This document shows positions 26,932 to 36,572 of a stretch of 64,000 nt of DNA, one piece after another. The DNA comes from Desulfobacterales bacterium (GTDB taxonomy: Bacteria > Desulfobacterota > Desulfobacteria > Desulfobacterales > JARGFK01): NCBI GenBank assembly GCA_029211065.1, contig JARGFK010000001.1, positions 37,265 through 101,264 on the forward strand, in the 5' to 3' direction. The stretch's first letter is position 1. Every line of letters begins with the position of its first letter. The notes under the pieces were generated by a model. The model saw only the letters and a program-made list of their open reading frames with translations. It was not told where the DNA came from and made no database searches. Position numbers and translations under genes: made by a program.

Positions 26932-28014
26932 ATGCTCTTTAGAAAAAGCGTTTTTCTAACAGTAGTTTGTGTGTTATGCCTCGGACATGTTATCGGTCCG
27001 GCTCTGGCCGGAGGGCCGTCACTGGACGCCTGGAAACCCAATTTCGATCCGGCCGGCGCCAAGTACAAATTCATCGTTTCAAATGTGTCCCATCCGGTGC
27101 TCAGGGGCGTATACACCGGCTTTGCGATCCGCGACGAGTTGTGGAAACGCACCAACGGACAGATGTATTTGGATTACAAGCCCTTTTCCATGCTTGGCGG
27201 CGAGGTGGAAGTGCTCAACCAGCTTCAAATGGGTGCCATCCAGGGAATGGGAACCAGCTCGGTGGCCGCTACCAACCTGGGTCCCCGGTTCGGTGTGGTC
27301 AACCTGCCGTTTCTGATCGACTCGTTTGACAAACTGGATAAATTTGTCGCCAATAAAGAGCTGTTTGACCATTTTATGATGGCGATGGACCACCAGGGGA
27401 TTATCGGGCTCGACATTACCGGGTACGGAAACTATGGCTGGGCAACCACCACTCCGGTCAAAACCCTGGCGGACGCCAAGAAGGTCAAGTTCCGCATTGC
27501 CGAGGCGGCCGTCAACCAGCTTCTTTATAAGGAGTGGGGATTTAATCCGGTGGTGATGCCGTGGCCGGATGTGCCGGTGGCGCTCAAGCAAGGGGTCATT
27601 AACGGTCTGGATCATACCCCGATGGTATGCAATATCACCAAAAAATTTGAAGTCGCCAAGTATTTCACCCAGCTCAATTACGCCCAGGGCCTGTTTATCT
27701 GGATTTTCAACAAGGCCTGGTTTAACAGCCTGCCGGCTGACCTGCAGAAGATCTTTGTGGAAACCGTGCATGATGTCTGCGCCAAGATTCGAGAAGAAGT
27801 CAAACAGCAGGAAGTCGATGAAATCGCCAAGGCCAAGGCTGCCGGCATTGAGTTCTATCAGCTGTCGGATGCCGCCATGGACCTGCTGAAGCGCAAAGGC
27901 GATGTCGTCCATAATAAATATGCTGCTGAAATCAACAAGCTGTATAAAGGCGACAAGTACAAGTCAAAAAATTTTCTCAAAGAAGTCCAGGATTATATCG
28001 GCTATAAGCCGTAA
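26932..28014 (+). CDS. dctP: TRAP transporter substrate-binding protein (DctP family)
   Basis: Signal peptide MLFRKSVFLTVVCVLCLGHVIGPALA; 360 aa; followed by DctQ and DctM. Confidence 0.85.
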   Translation: MLFRKSVFLTVVCVLCLGHVIGPALAGGPSLDAWKPNFDPAGAKYKFIVSNVSHPVLRGVYTGFAIRDELWKRTNGQMYLDYKPFSMLGGEVEVLNQLQMGAIQGMGTSSVAATNLGPRFGVVNLPFLIDSFDKLDKFVANKELFDHFMMAMDHQGIIGLDITGYGNYGWATTTPVKTLADAKKVKFRIAEAAVNQLLYKEWGFNPVVMPWPDVPVALKQGVINGLDHTPMVCNITKKFEVAKYFTQLNYAQGLFIWIFNKAWFNSLPADLQKIFVETVHDVCAKIREEVKQQEVDEIAKAKAAGIEFYQLSDAAMDLLKRKGDVVHNKYAAEINKLYKGDKYKSKNFLKEVQDYIGYKP

Positions 28015-28028
28015 GTTATTTTTTTCAT

Positions 28029-28063
28029 AAACAAAGGGGGTTTTCAACAAGCCCCCTTTGTTT
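28029..28063 (+). terminator. Intra-operon stem-loop (attenuator or mRNA stabiliser) between dctP and dctQ
   Basis: aaacaaaggggg-ttttcaacaag-ccccctttgttt, perfect 12-bp stem. Confidence 0.6.
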
Positions 28064-28070
28064 ATGTCCG

Positions 28071-28592
28071 ATGCCGTTGAGACAATTCATGTTCCGTAAC
28101 ACTCTGAACTTTTTAGACAAGGTCCTGACATTTTTTGAAGAGTGGACCCTGTTTATCGCCGTGATGATCGCCCTGATATCACTGTTTTTTAATGTGGTGC
28201 TGCGCTATGGGTTCAACTACTCGCTGGCATGGTCGGAGGAACTGGTCCGGGAAGTCATCATCTTCACCACGTTTATCGGATGCAGCGCCGCCGTTAAAAA
28301 TCGCTCCATGATCAAAATTGACGCCCTGGTTCAGCTGGCCCCCGGATTAAAGGCTCCCCTCAGCTATTTCAGCAACTTTGTGACGATTATTTTTGCCGGT
28401 ATGATGATATATTACGGCTGGCTGATGGCGCTGCTGCAGGTCCGAACATATCAGAAGACCATCATCATGCAGATCCCGCTGGTCTATCTCTATGCCATCC
28501 TGCCGGTTATGGGTGTGATGATGTTGATTCGGACCGTTCAGGTTATTTACGAGGATTTCACCAAAGCGCGTCTTGCAGACAACCGGAAATAG
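28071..28592 (+). CDS. dctQ: TRAP transporter small permease (DctQ family)
   Basis: 173 aa, 4 predicted TM segments, between dctP and dctM. Confidence 0.85.
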   Translation: MPLRQFMFRNTLNFLDKVLTFFEEWTLFIAVMIALISLFFNVVLRYGFNYSLAWSEELVREVIIFTTFIGCSAAVKNRSMIKIDALVQLAPGLKAPLSYFSNFVTIIFAGMMIYYGWLMALLQVRTYQKTIIMQIPLVYLYAILPVMGVMMLIRTVQVIYEDFTKARLADNRK

Positions 28593-28634
28593 ATCCCGTT
28601 GATGCCGCCGGGGTTTTAAAAAGAGATTCGGATT

Positions 28635-29933
28635 TTGGAAACAAGCCATATCATTATCATGCTGATTTTGCTGGGATGCATGGCGAGCTATATTCCCGTG
28701 TTCATGTGCCTGTTTTTTACGGCCGTACTGGGGTTTATCTTATTTACCGATCTGCCGCTGCTGCTGCTGGCTCAGAGTATCTTTCGCAGCATGGACAATT
28801 TTGCGCTGGTGGTGGTCCTCTTTTTTATTCTGTGCGGCAATATCATGACGGCCGGATCGATTGTTGAAAAGCTGATCAAAGTGGCCAACGCGCTGGTGAG
28901 CTGGCTGCCGGGGGGGCTCGGTATGGCCGGCGTATTGGCGTGCGGCCTGTTCGGCGCCATATCCGGATCCACCGTGGCAACGGTGGTGGCGCTGGGCGGC
29001 TTCATGATCCCGGCCCTGATCGAAAACGGTTATCCCCAGAAATACTCCATCGGTCTTATGACCACGTCGCCCAACCTCGGGGTGATTATCCCCCCCAGCA
29101 TCGGCATGATCCTTTACAGCATGATCAGCAACGTCTCGCTGGAGGGCCTGTTTCTGACGGGATTTTTACCCGGCGTGATGATCATGTTCGGCACCTGTGT
29201 GTACACCTATTTTGTTTTCCGTACCAACACGGAACTCGTGCGGAAGCCGGTTCCGAAATTCATGGAAGTCCTGGCTGTTTTCAAGGAGGGCTTCTGGTCC
29301 CTGATGCTGCCCGTGATTATTTTCGGCGGGATTTTTTCCGGGGCTTTTACCGCCAACGAGGCTGCGGTGGTTGCCTGTGTGTATGCCTTTATCGTGGAGC
29401 TTTTTATTCACAAGTCCATGAAGCTGAGCCAGGTAAAGCAGATTACCGTGAGTTCAGCGGTTACCTCCGCGACGCTTCTCATCATCGTGGCGGGCGCCAC
29501 CTGTTTCGGCCGGTTGTTGACCCTGGAAAGCATCCCCGGTAAAATTACCGAAGCGGTCTTGGCGACGGTACAGTCTCCGGTCATATTTCTGCTGGCCATT
29601 AACATCCTGCTCCTGATTGTGGGGATGTTCATGGACATTATTTCCGCCACTATGATACTGGGGCCGGTGTTTCTGCCGATGCTGGATGCCTTTGGTGTCA
29701 ACTGGCTGCATTTCGGGTTGATCCTGACGGTAAATCTGGCTATCGGATACTGCACGCCGCCGATGGGGGTCAGTCTTTACATTACCGGCGCCATTGCCAA
29801 TAAAGACATCATCTATGTCACAAAATCCGTAATTCCCTTTCTGATTATCCAACTGGCGGTTCTTTTCTTTCTTACCTATATGCCGGATATTGTGTTGTGG
29901 CTGCCGCGTGTCATGGGATTTGCGGCGAGATAA
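28635..29933 (+). CDS. dctM: TRAP transporter large permease (DctM family), TTG start per the ORF track
   Basis: 432 aa polytopic membrane protein; FILCGNIMTAGSIVEKLI..., typical DctM length and order. Confidence 0.88.
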   Translation: METSHIIIMLILLGCMASYIPVFMCLFFTAVLGFILFTDLPLLLLAQSIFRSMDNFALVVVLFFILCGNIMTAGSIVEKLIKVANALVSWLPGGLGMAGVLACGLFGAISGSTVATVVALGGFMIPALIENGYPQKYSIGLMTTSPNLGVIIPPSIGMILYSMISNVSLEGLFLTGFLPGVMIMFGTCVYTYFVFRTNTELVRKPVPKFMEVLAVFKEGFWSLMLPVIIFGGIFSGAFTANEAAVVACVYAFIVELFIHKSMKLSQVKQITVSSAVTSATLLIIVAGATCFGRLLTLESIPGKITEAVLATVQSPVIFLLAINILLLIVGMFMDIISATMILGPVFLPMLDAFGVNWLHFGLILTVNLAIGYCTPPMGVSLYITGAIANKDIIYVTKSVIPFLIIQLAVLFFLTYMPDIVLWLPRVMGFAAR

Positions 29934-30084
29934 TCAATCACTGCAATGTTTAATAAAGCTTAGAAAACCTGGTTCTCCCCCGCCAAATGGCGGAATTTTC
30001 AAAGGGATAGACGAAGAACCCGTAGCGCGCGGGTCAATTTTTTCTGGCTTTACCTCGGTTTTTAGTGTCAAAAAATTCAAACCC

Positions 30085-30158
30085 CAAAAATAAAAATACA
30101 AACAGTTTGGCGGGCTCACCGCCCTAAGCCAAGCTGAAGGGCAAATTTCAAATTCCAA
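30085..30158 (-). repeat. Repeat family 2, copy 1 (partner at 59171-59240)
   Basis: The reverse complement ttggaatttgaaatttgcccttcagcttggcttagggcggtgagcccgccaaactgttt aligns with ttggaatttgcccttcgacccggctcagggcggtgagccagccgaaccgttt. Confidence 0.75.
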
Positions 30159-30173
30159 CAGGAGAAACGGCAG

Positions 30174-31457
30174 ATGACGACGGCTGTCGGTCAGCTTGAT
30201 AAGGCGCTGCGTTACCGCTGGCTTATTTTCTGGATACTGGCATTCGGATACGTCCTGGTTTATTTCCACCGGCTTTGTCCGGCAGTGGTGGCGGTGGACA
30301 TGATGCAGGATCTGAAGGCCGGGGGCGCCCTGACCGGCTTTCTGGGAGCAGCCTATTTCTACCCTTACGCCATCATGCAGCTGCCGGCCGGGCTTCTCTC
30401 CGATTCATGGGGTCCGCGCAACACCATCACCCTTTTCTTCGGGGTGGCCTTTATCGGGTCAACGGTCCTGGGACTGGCGCCGACGGTGTTTTGGGCCATT
30501 GTCGGCCGCATACTGGTGGGAATTGGGGTAGCCATGCTCTTTGTTCCCACCATGAAAATATTGGCGGAATGGTTTCGCGTGCGCGAATTTGCCACTATGA
30601 CCGGGATCCTCATCGCCATGGGCGGCATCGGTTCTTTATCGGCCGCAACCCCCCTGGCACTGCTGAGCGCAGCCATCGGCTGGCGAAAGTCTTTTCTGGC
30701 GGTGGGCGGCTTGACCTTATTGATGGTGATAATCGTCTGGTTGTTTGTGAGGGACCGACCGGCTGATTTCGGCTGGCTGTCGCCGGCCGCCGAAAAACAA
30801 CAGACCGCGGCGCTACCCATCGGCCTCATCGAGGGCGTCCGCAGGGTAGTGACAACGCCTTCATTCTGGCCGGTGGCCTGCTGGTTTTTCTTTGACTGCG
30901 CCATCTTTTTCTCTTTCGGCGGGCTTTGGGGCGGGCCTTATCTGATGCATGTGTACGGCCTCAGTAAGGGGCAGGCCGGCCACATTCTGTCCATGCTGGC
31001 CATCGGCATGATCGTTGGAAGTCCAATCTTAAGCTACCTCTCAAACAATGTCTTTCATGCCAGAAAACCGGTTATTGTATTATCAGGTGTGATTACCCTC
31101 ATGCTTTCGGCTGTGCTGGCATTTTATACCGACAAAATACCCCCGGCGGGCTTATACGGGTTGTGTCTGGGGATGGGGTGTTTTACCAGCGCCATTGTCG
31201 TGGTCGCATTCACCACCACCAAGGAACTATTTCCGGTGCAGATCGCCGGAACAGCCACTGGCCTGGTCAACCTGTTTCCGTTTGCCGGCGGCGCGGTGTT
31301 TCAACCGGTTCTGGGCTATGTGCTGGAAAGCCGGGGACGTATTGGCGAAGCCTTTACCCTGGCCGGCTACCAGCAGGCCTTTCTGGTGCTGTTTGTCTGC
31401 GGTGTCATCGCATTTCTGTCCACTCTGTTTATGAAAGAAACACTAGCGCACGACTAA
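30174..31457 (+). CDS. MFS transporter
   Basis: 427 aa, ~12 TM; QLPAGLLSDSWGPR loop motif typical of MFS. Confidence 0.85.
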   Translation: MTTAVGQLDKALRYRWLIFWILAFGYVLVYFHRLCPAVVAVDMMQDLKAGGALTGFLGAAYFYPYAIMQLPAGLLSDSWGPRNTITLFFGVAFIGSTVLGLAPTVFWAIVGRILVGIGVAMLFVPTMKILAEWFRVREFATMTGILIAMGGIGSLSAATPLALLSAAIGWRKSFLAVGGLTLLMVIIVWLFVRDRPADFGWLSPAAEKQQTAALPIGLIEGVRRVVTTPSFWPVACWFFFDCAIFFSFGGLWGGPYLMHVYGLSKGQAGHILSMLAIGMIVGSPILSYLSNNVFHARKPVIVLSGVITLMLSAVLAFYTDKIPPAGLYGLCLGMGCFTSAIVVVAFTTTKELFPVQIAGTATGLVNLFPFAGGAVFQPVLGYVLESRGRIGEAFTLAGYQQAFLVLFVCGVIAFLSTLFMKETLAHD

Positions 31458-31697
31458 TTTTTCCTGGAATTAAATTATCATAATTTGGAACGGAAACCAC
31501 AAACGGAACTTGAAAGGTATTCCACAGCCGATTCAAGGCAGTAATCTCGCATCTGGCCATCCTTGAGATATGTATCCCTTATCAGAACTACAGAGCCAAG
31601 ATTCATCTATTTCTAATTTTGTAGTCGTCCTGATTTGGCCGGTAGAACAAGTCGTCGCCGATAGTAAAGAGAGGCAGAGAGCTGTGAAAGGGATGGT

Positions 31698-32726
31698 TCA
31701 GGTTGTCTGTCTCTCGATAAGCTGAAAACCGACATCAATAGTCCTCTGGAGGACCGGTTCGCTTTTTAATCTTGACAGCAAGGCTTCGGCCGCCTTATGG
31801 CCCATTAGTGCGCGGTCGAATTTGACCGTGGTCAGGGACGGCACGGTATGGGCGGCAAAGGGCTGATCACCGAATCCGACCATGGCGATCTGATCGGGGA
31901 TTGTCAAACCGCGGGATTGTATCTCTGTCAGAGCTCCCTGGGCCAGGGTGTCTGAGCTGCAAAAAACCGCACCATCGATAAAACCGCCGTCAAGCAGACT
32001 GGCTATGCCAACGCGTCCGGCGAGAAAACTGGTCGGCACCGGCACCGTACTGATTGCCACTCCTGTCACCCCTTTCTCTTCAAGTGTTTTCAGAAACGCC
32101 TGTTGACGCAACTGGGCGCGATGATCAGTAGCTGAGAGGATGCCTATCCGCCCCTTGTTGCGGGAAAGGAGATAAACGGCGACCGCCCGACCGACGCGCT
32201 GATGGGAAAAGCCGACCACCACGTCGAGGGGGGTCGGGGTGATGTCCCAGGTTTCAACGACCGGAATATTTGCCGCCAGCAGAAGCCGTTTGGCCTGAGG
32301 CGAGTGGTTGGTTCCGGTCAGGAAAACACCCTCCGGGCGGCTCCGCAGAATAGTTGCGATCAGCGATCCCTCCTGTTCCTCGCTGTAGCCTGATTCGCCG
32401 AGGAGCACCTGGTAATTGGCCTCTCTCATCTTTTCACTGAAAAACTTGATGGTTTCCGCATAAACCGAATTGGCGATGGACGGCACAATCGCCGCAATCA
32501 GCCGGCTTCGTCGCGAGGCCAGGCCACCGGCCAGCAGGTTGGGGACATAGCCGGTCAGGGCTATCGCTTTCTGGACTTTCGCCAGAGTCTTAGGCGCCAC
32601 TTTTTCGGGCTGGTTGAGGGCGCGGGACACAGTGATGGGTGAAACTCCGGCCAGTTTGGCCACGTCGCCAAGGGTGACACTGCCTGTGGCGCGCGGACTG
32701 CTGTTTTCTGATCGGAAAGCTTGCAT
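31698..32726 (-). CDS. LacI-family transcriptional regulator
   Basis: N-terminal HTH VTLGDVAKLAGVSPITVSRALN plus a periplasmic-binding-protein-like sugar-binding core. Confidence 0.92.
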   Translation of the reverse strand: MQAFRSENSSPRATGSVTLGDVAKLAGVSPITVSRALNQPEKVAPKTLAKVQKAIALTGYVPNLLAGGLASRRSRLIAAIVPSIANSVYAETIKFFSEKMREANYQVLLGESGYSEEQEGSLIATILRSRPEGVFLTGTNHSPQAKRLLLAANIPVVETWDITPTPLDVVVGFSHQRVGRAVAVYLLSRNKGRIGILSATDHRAQLRQQAFLKTLEEKGVTGVAISTVPVPTSFLAGRVGIASLLDGGFIDGAVFCSSDTLAQGALTEIQSRGLTIPDQIAMVGFGDQPFAAHTVPSLTTVKFDRALMGHKAAEALLSRLKSEPVLQRTIDVGFQLIERQTT

Positions 32727-32778
32727 GCGGCGAATCTCCTTTTCAACCAGTATAGCCTGATTTTGCTTTTAAGACAAT

Positions 32779-32793
32779 ATGATAGCGTTACCA
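32779..32793. promoter_or_regulatory. LacI-type operator half-palindrome near the regulator's own promoter
   Basis: atgatagcgttacca; related to the second site at 32945-32960. Confidence 0.5.
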
Positions 32794-32931
32794 ATTAATG
32801 CGGCCAACAATAAAGTCGCTCTTTATAATCAAAACTATCCTATACAAAAATATTAAGAAAATAAATATTATAAGATAGTTATAACAATTTCTTATCTGCG
32901 CCACTTTTTTTATATCATTTTAATTTTCCTG

Positions 32932-32960
32932 TTGACAGATATTAATGATAGCGCTAACAT
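32932..32960 (+). promoter_or_regulatory. Sigma70-type promoter of the gudD operon with an overlapping LacI-type operator
   Basis: TTGACA (32932-37), 17-nt spacer, TAACAT (32955-60); operator atgatagcgctaacat (32945-60), near-palindrome around the central GCGC. Confidence 0.6.
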
Positions 32961-33019
32961 AAACAACAATCAAACCCATCTGCCGCACGCTTCGCGTTAG
33001 GCCGGAAAAGGAGGCCGCC

Positions 33020-34369
33020 TTGAACGATTCTCTCTCCGGGACTGGGGGGACACCCGTTGTGACTGATTTTCAGGTCATCCCGGTTGCCGGCCATGACAGT
33101 ATGCTGCTCAATTTAAGTGGTGCACATTCCCCCTTCTTTATCCGCAACATCTTGATCCTTACTGACAGTCATGGGCATGTCGGGGTCGGCGAGGTGCCGG
33201 GGGGTGAAGGGATCCGCAAGACCCTGGAAGATGCTCGGTCCATGGTGGTGGGGCAGTCAATCGGTCGCTATAACAATATCCTCAATCAGGTGCGGCAAAC
33301 CTATGCCGACCGTGATGCAGCAGGACGCGGTCTGCAGACATTCGACCTGCGGATAATGATCCATGCGGTCACCGCGCTGGAAGCCGCGCTGCTTGATTTG
33401 CTCGGACAGTTTCTTGAGGTTCCGGTCGCCGCCCTCCTAGGCGAAGGACAGCAGCGATCTGCGGTCGAAGCCCTCGGCTATCTGTTCTACATCGGCGACC
33501 GGCACAAGACCAATCTACCCTATCTGTCCGATCCGGACAACCCTGACGACTGGCTACGCCTGCGCCATGAAGTCGCCATGACCCCGGAAGCGATCGTGCG
33601 CCTCGCTGAGGCGGCCCACGCCCGCTATGGCTTCAACGATTTCAAGCTCAAGGGTGGGGTGCTCTCCGGCGAGGAGGAGATCGCCGCAGTCACCGCGCTG
33701 GCTAAACGTTTTCCCAAAGCTCGGATTACCATCGATCCCAACGGGGCCTGGTCCTTAGATGAGGCCGTCCGTTTATGCCGCGACCAACATGATGTCCTCG
33801 CTTACGCCGAAGATCCCTGCGGCGCGGAAAAATGTTTTTCCGGGCGCGAGGTGATGGCAGAGTTCCGCCGCGCCACCGGCTTGCCCACCGCAACCAATAT
33901 GATTGCTACTGACTGGCGACAGATGGGGCATGCCATTCAGCTGCACTCAGTGGATATCCCCCTGGCCGACCCGCATTTCTGGACCATGCAGGGCTCGGTC
34001 CGGGTGGCACGGATGTGCCACGAATGGGGGCTGACCTGGGGATCTCACTCCAATAACCATTTTGATATTTCCCTAGCGATGTTCACCCATGTGGCTGCTG
34101 CGGCACCCGGCAAGATCACTGCCATCGACACCCACTGGATCTGGCAGGACGGACAGCGCCTGACAAAAAATCCCTACAAAATCGTCGATGGTATGCTCAG
34201 CATCCCGGAGAAGCCGGGGCTGGGATTAGAAATTGACTTCATCGCCATCGAAAAAGCCAACGAGCTATGTCAGTCGATGGATTTCGACGGACGGGACGAT
34301 GCTATTGCCATGCAGTACCTAATCCCCGGTTGGACTTTCGACAACAAGCGCCCCTGCTTGGTGCGCTGA
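33020..34369 (+). CDS. gudD: D-glucarate dehydratase (enolase superfamily), TTG start with aaaggagg SD
   Basis: Long near-identical runs to E. coli GudD as I recall it: [112 protein letters not shown]. Confidence 0.93.
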   Translation: MNDSLSGTGGTPVVTDFQVIPVAGHDSMLLNLSGAHSPFFIRNILILTDSHGHVGVGEVPGGEGIRKTLEDARSMVVGQSIGRYNNILNQVRQTYADRDAAGRGLQTFDLRIMIHAVTALEAALLDLLGQFLEVPVAALLGEGQQRSAVEALGYLFYIGDRHKTNLPYLSDPDNPDDWLRLRHEVAMTPEAIVRLAEAAHARYGFNDFKLKGGVLSGEEEIAAVTALAKRFPKARITIDPNGAWSLDEAVRLCRDQHDVLAYAEDPCGAEKCFSGREVMAEFRRATGLPTATNMIATDWRQMGHAIQLHSVDIPLADPHFWTMQGSVRVARMCHEWGLTWGSHSNNHFDISLAMFTHVAAAAPGKITAIDTHWIWQDGQRLTKNPYKIVDGMLSIPEKPGLGLEIDFIAIEKANELCQSMDFDGRDDAIAMQYLIPGWTFDNKRPCLVR

Positions 34370-34392
34370 CAGACAACCAAAAAGGATCGATT

Positions 34393-35292
34393 ATGGACAC
34401 CAGTTTTATCAAGGGGGTCATCCCTCCGATCGTTACCCCCGTTGACAACCAGGAGCGGGTCAACGAAAGGCCTTTGCGGCAGATCGTCGATCACATCATC
34501 GCCGGCGGGGTACACGGCATCCTTTCCCTCGGCAGTAACGGCGAGTTTTACGGGCTGGCCCGTAAAGAGCAAGAGCGGGCTGCAGCCATCACCTTGGATC
34601 AGGCCGAAGGACGGGTGCCGGTTTATATCGGTATCGCTGAAATCACCACGCGCGAATGTGTAGGTTGGGCAAAATGGGCCGAACAGCATAAAGCTCAGGC
34701 GATTTCGGTGCTCCATCCCATGTTCCTCAGTCCCAGCGACGAGGAGCTTTACCAGCACTTTAAAACGGTGGCCGAAGCCACCTCCTTGCCCGTACTGCTC
34801 TATAACAACCCTGACCGGATGCGCTGCGGGATCTCCGCCAACCTGGTAGACCGGTTGGCTGACATCCCCAACATCGTCGGCATTAAGGAGAGTAGCGGCG
34901 ACATGACACTGACCGCGGAATTTATTCGCCGCACCCGTGACCGCGATTTCAAGGTGATCGCCGGGCGCGACATTCTGATCCTCAGCACTCTGGTTTATGG
35001 CGGAGCGGGAACCGTGGCGTCTTCGGCCAACGTCGTGCCGAAGCTGGTGGTGGAGATTTACAACAAGTTTATGGCTGGCGACCTGGCTGGCGCGCTCGAA
35101 GCCCAGTATCGCCTGGCACCCATGCGCATGGCTTACAACCTTGGCAGCTTTCCAGTGGTGACCAAGGACTACATGCGACTGCTCGGTTTTGAGGTGGGCG
35201 AATCGATCCGCCCGAATACCCGCAGCTCCCCAGAGAACATGGCCAAGTTGAAGAACCTGTTAGATGACCTCGGAGCGGAACGCCTCGCGTGA
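34393..35292 (+). CDS. DapA/DHDPS-family class I aldolase or dehydratase; candidate 5-dehydro-4-deoxyglucarate aldolase, or KdgD-like. ATG 34393.
   Basis: MDTSFIKGVIPPIVTPVD..., GSNGEF, YNNP, GIKES (Schiff-base Lys context); sits between gudD and garR. Confidence 0.8.
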   Translation: MDTSFIKGVIPPIVTPVDNQERVNERPLRQIVDHIIAGGVHGILSLGSNGEFYGLARKEQERAAAITLDQAEGRVPVYIGIAEITTRECVGWAKWAEQHKAQAISVLHPMFLSPSDEELYQHFKTVAEATSLPVLLYNNPDRMRCGISANLVDRLADIPNIVGIKESSGDMTLTAEFIRRTRDRDFKVIAGRDILILSTLVYGGAGTVASSANVVPKLVVEIYNKFMAGDLAGALEAQYRLAPMRMAYNLGSFPVVTKDYMRLLGFEVGESIRPNTRSSPENMAKLKNLLDDLGAERLA

Positions 35293-35328
35293 CCCACGCA
35301 TTTGACAATCAGAAAAGGAGATACAAGG

Positions 35329-36261
35329 ATGAAAATCGGATTTATCGGCCTGGGGATCATGGGTAAGCCGATGAGCAAGAACCTGCTCAAGGCCGGCTAT
35401 CAGCTAGTGGTTATGGATAAGAATCAGATTCCGGTGGAAGAGGTTGTCGCTGTAGGTGCAGCAGCGGCAAACAGCCCCAGGGCGGTCGCTGAACAGACCG
35501 ACATCATCATCACCATGCTGCCCAACTCCCCCCACGTCAAGGAGGTGGTGATAGGTGACGGGGGGATTATCGAGGCAGCCCGACCGGGCATGATCGTCAT
35601 CGACATGAGTTCCATTGCCCCCCTAGTGAGCCGCGAGATCGCAGCGCAATTGGCGGAAAAAGGGGTGGAGCTGCTTGACGCACCGGTCAGCGGGGGCGAA
35701 CCCAAGGCCATCGACGGCACCCTTTCGGTGATGGTCGGTGGGAAAAAGGCGGTGTTCGACAAGTGCTACGACATCATGAAGGCAATGTCAGGGTCGGTGG
35801 TGCTGACGGGCGATGTCGGCGCCGGCAACATCACTAAGTTGGCCAACCAGATCATCGTAGCCCTGAACATTGCCGCCATGTCCGAAGCTCTGGTACTGGC
35901 TACTAAGGCCGGTGTCGAACCGGAACTCGTTTACCAGGCTATCCGCGGCGGTTTGGCTGGTAGTATGGTGCTGGATGCCAAGGTGCCGCTGGTCCTCGAC
36001 CGCAAGTTCGACCCCGGTTTCCGCATTAACCTGCACATCAAGGACCTCGGCAACGTGCTGGAAACGTCCCATGAGATCGGTGTCCCTTTGCCGTTGACCG
36101 CTGCCGTTATGGAAATGATGCAGGCGATGAAGGTGGATGGAATGGACCATCTAGACCATGGTGCGTTGGTGCGACACTATGAAAAACTTGCCCAGGTCGA
36201 AGTTAAGCGCTTAAGAAAGTCAGATGCCGCCCGGCCGATTGGCGTTATAGTAAGTGAATAA
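35329..36261 (+). CDS. garR: 2-hydroxy-3-oxopropionate (tartronate semialdehyde) reductase. ATG 35329.
   Basis: MKIGFIGLGIMGKPMSKNLLKAGY..., TMLPNSPHVKEV, DAPVSGGEPKAIDGTLSVMVGG, GAGNITKLANQIIVALNIAAMSEAL. Closely resembles E. coli GarR from memory. Confidence 0.9.
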   Translation: MKIGFIGLGIMGKPMSKNLLKAGYQLVVMDKNQIPVEEVVAVGAAAANSPRAVAEQTDIIITMLPNSPHVKEVVIGDGGIIEAARPGMIVIDMSSIAPLVSREIAAQLAEKGVELLDAPVSGGEPKAIDGTLSVMVGGKKAVFDKCYDIMKAMSGSVVLTGDVGAGNITKLANQIIVALNIAAMSEALVLATKAGVEPELVYQAIRGGLAGSMVLDAKVPLVLDRKFDPGFRINLHIKDLGNVLETSHEIGVPLPLTAAVMEMMQAMKVDGMDHLDHGALVRHYEKLAQVEVKRLRKSDAARPIGVIVSE

Positions 36262-36572
36262 TGGTAAAGCGATCTACGCTCGCTGCATTAATGTCAGCAG
36301 AATTCCGGGGGGTATTCACCGATTGTGTCACCGATCTGGCATTCGGGGGCACTGATTGCCGTGACCCGTACCTTGGCTGCGGTCATGAGCCTGGGAAACT
36401 GGTCAAAAACTGATTATACGACACGTCTCAGACTCTCTGTTCGGAGGGCGGAACGAAAATATGGCCCTGATTTCAGGGAACATCGAAAGTTATCACGGGG
36501 CTATCACCAACAACCCGACATCCGCAACAATGCTGATGTCAAAGGTTCACTGACCAAGAAAGGAGGAGATCA

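Noticed and set aside
26672-26959. 95-aa ORF in the gap between the CoA-transferase genes and dctP
   Set aside because: It overlaps the end of the CoA-transferase B gene and the start of dctP. It spans the inverted repeat and an AT-rich promoter-like region, has no SD and no recognisable motif.
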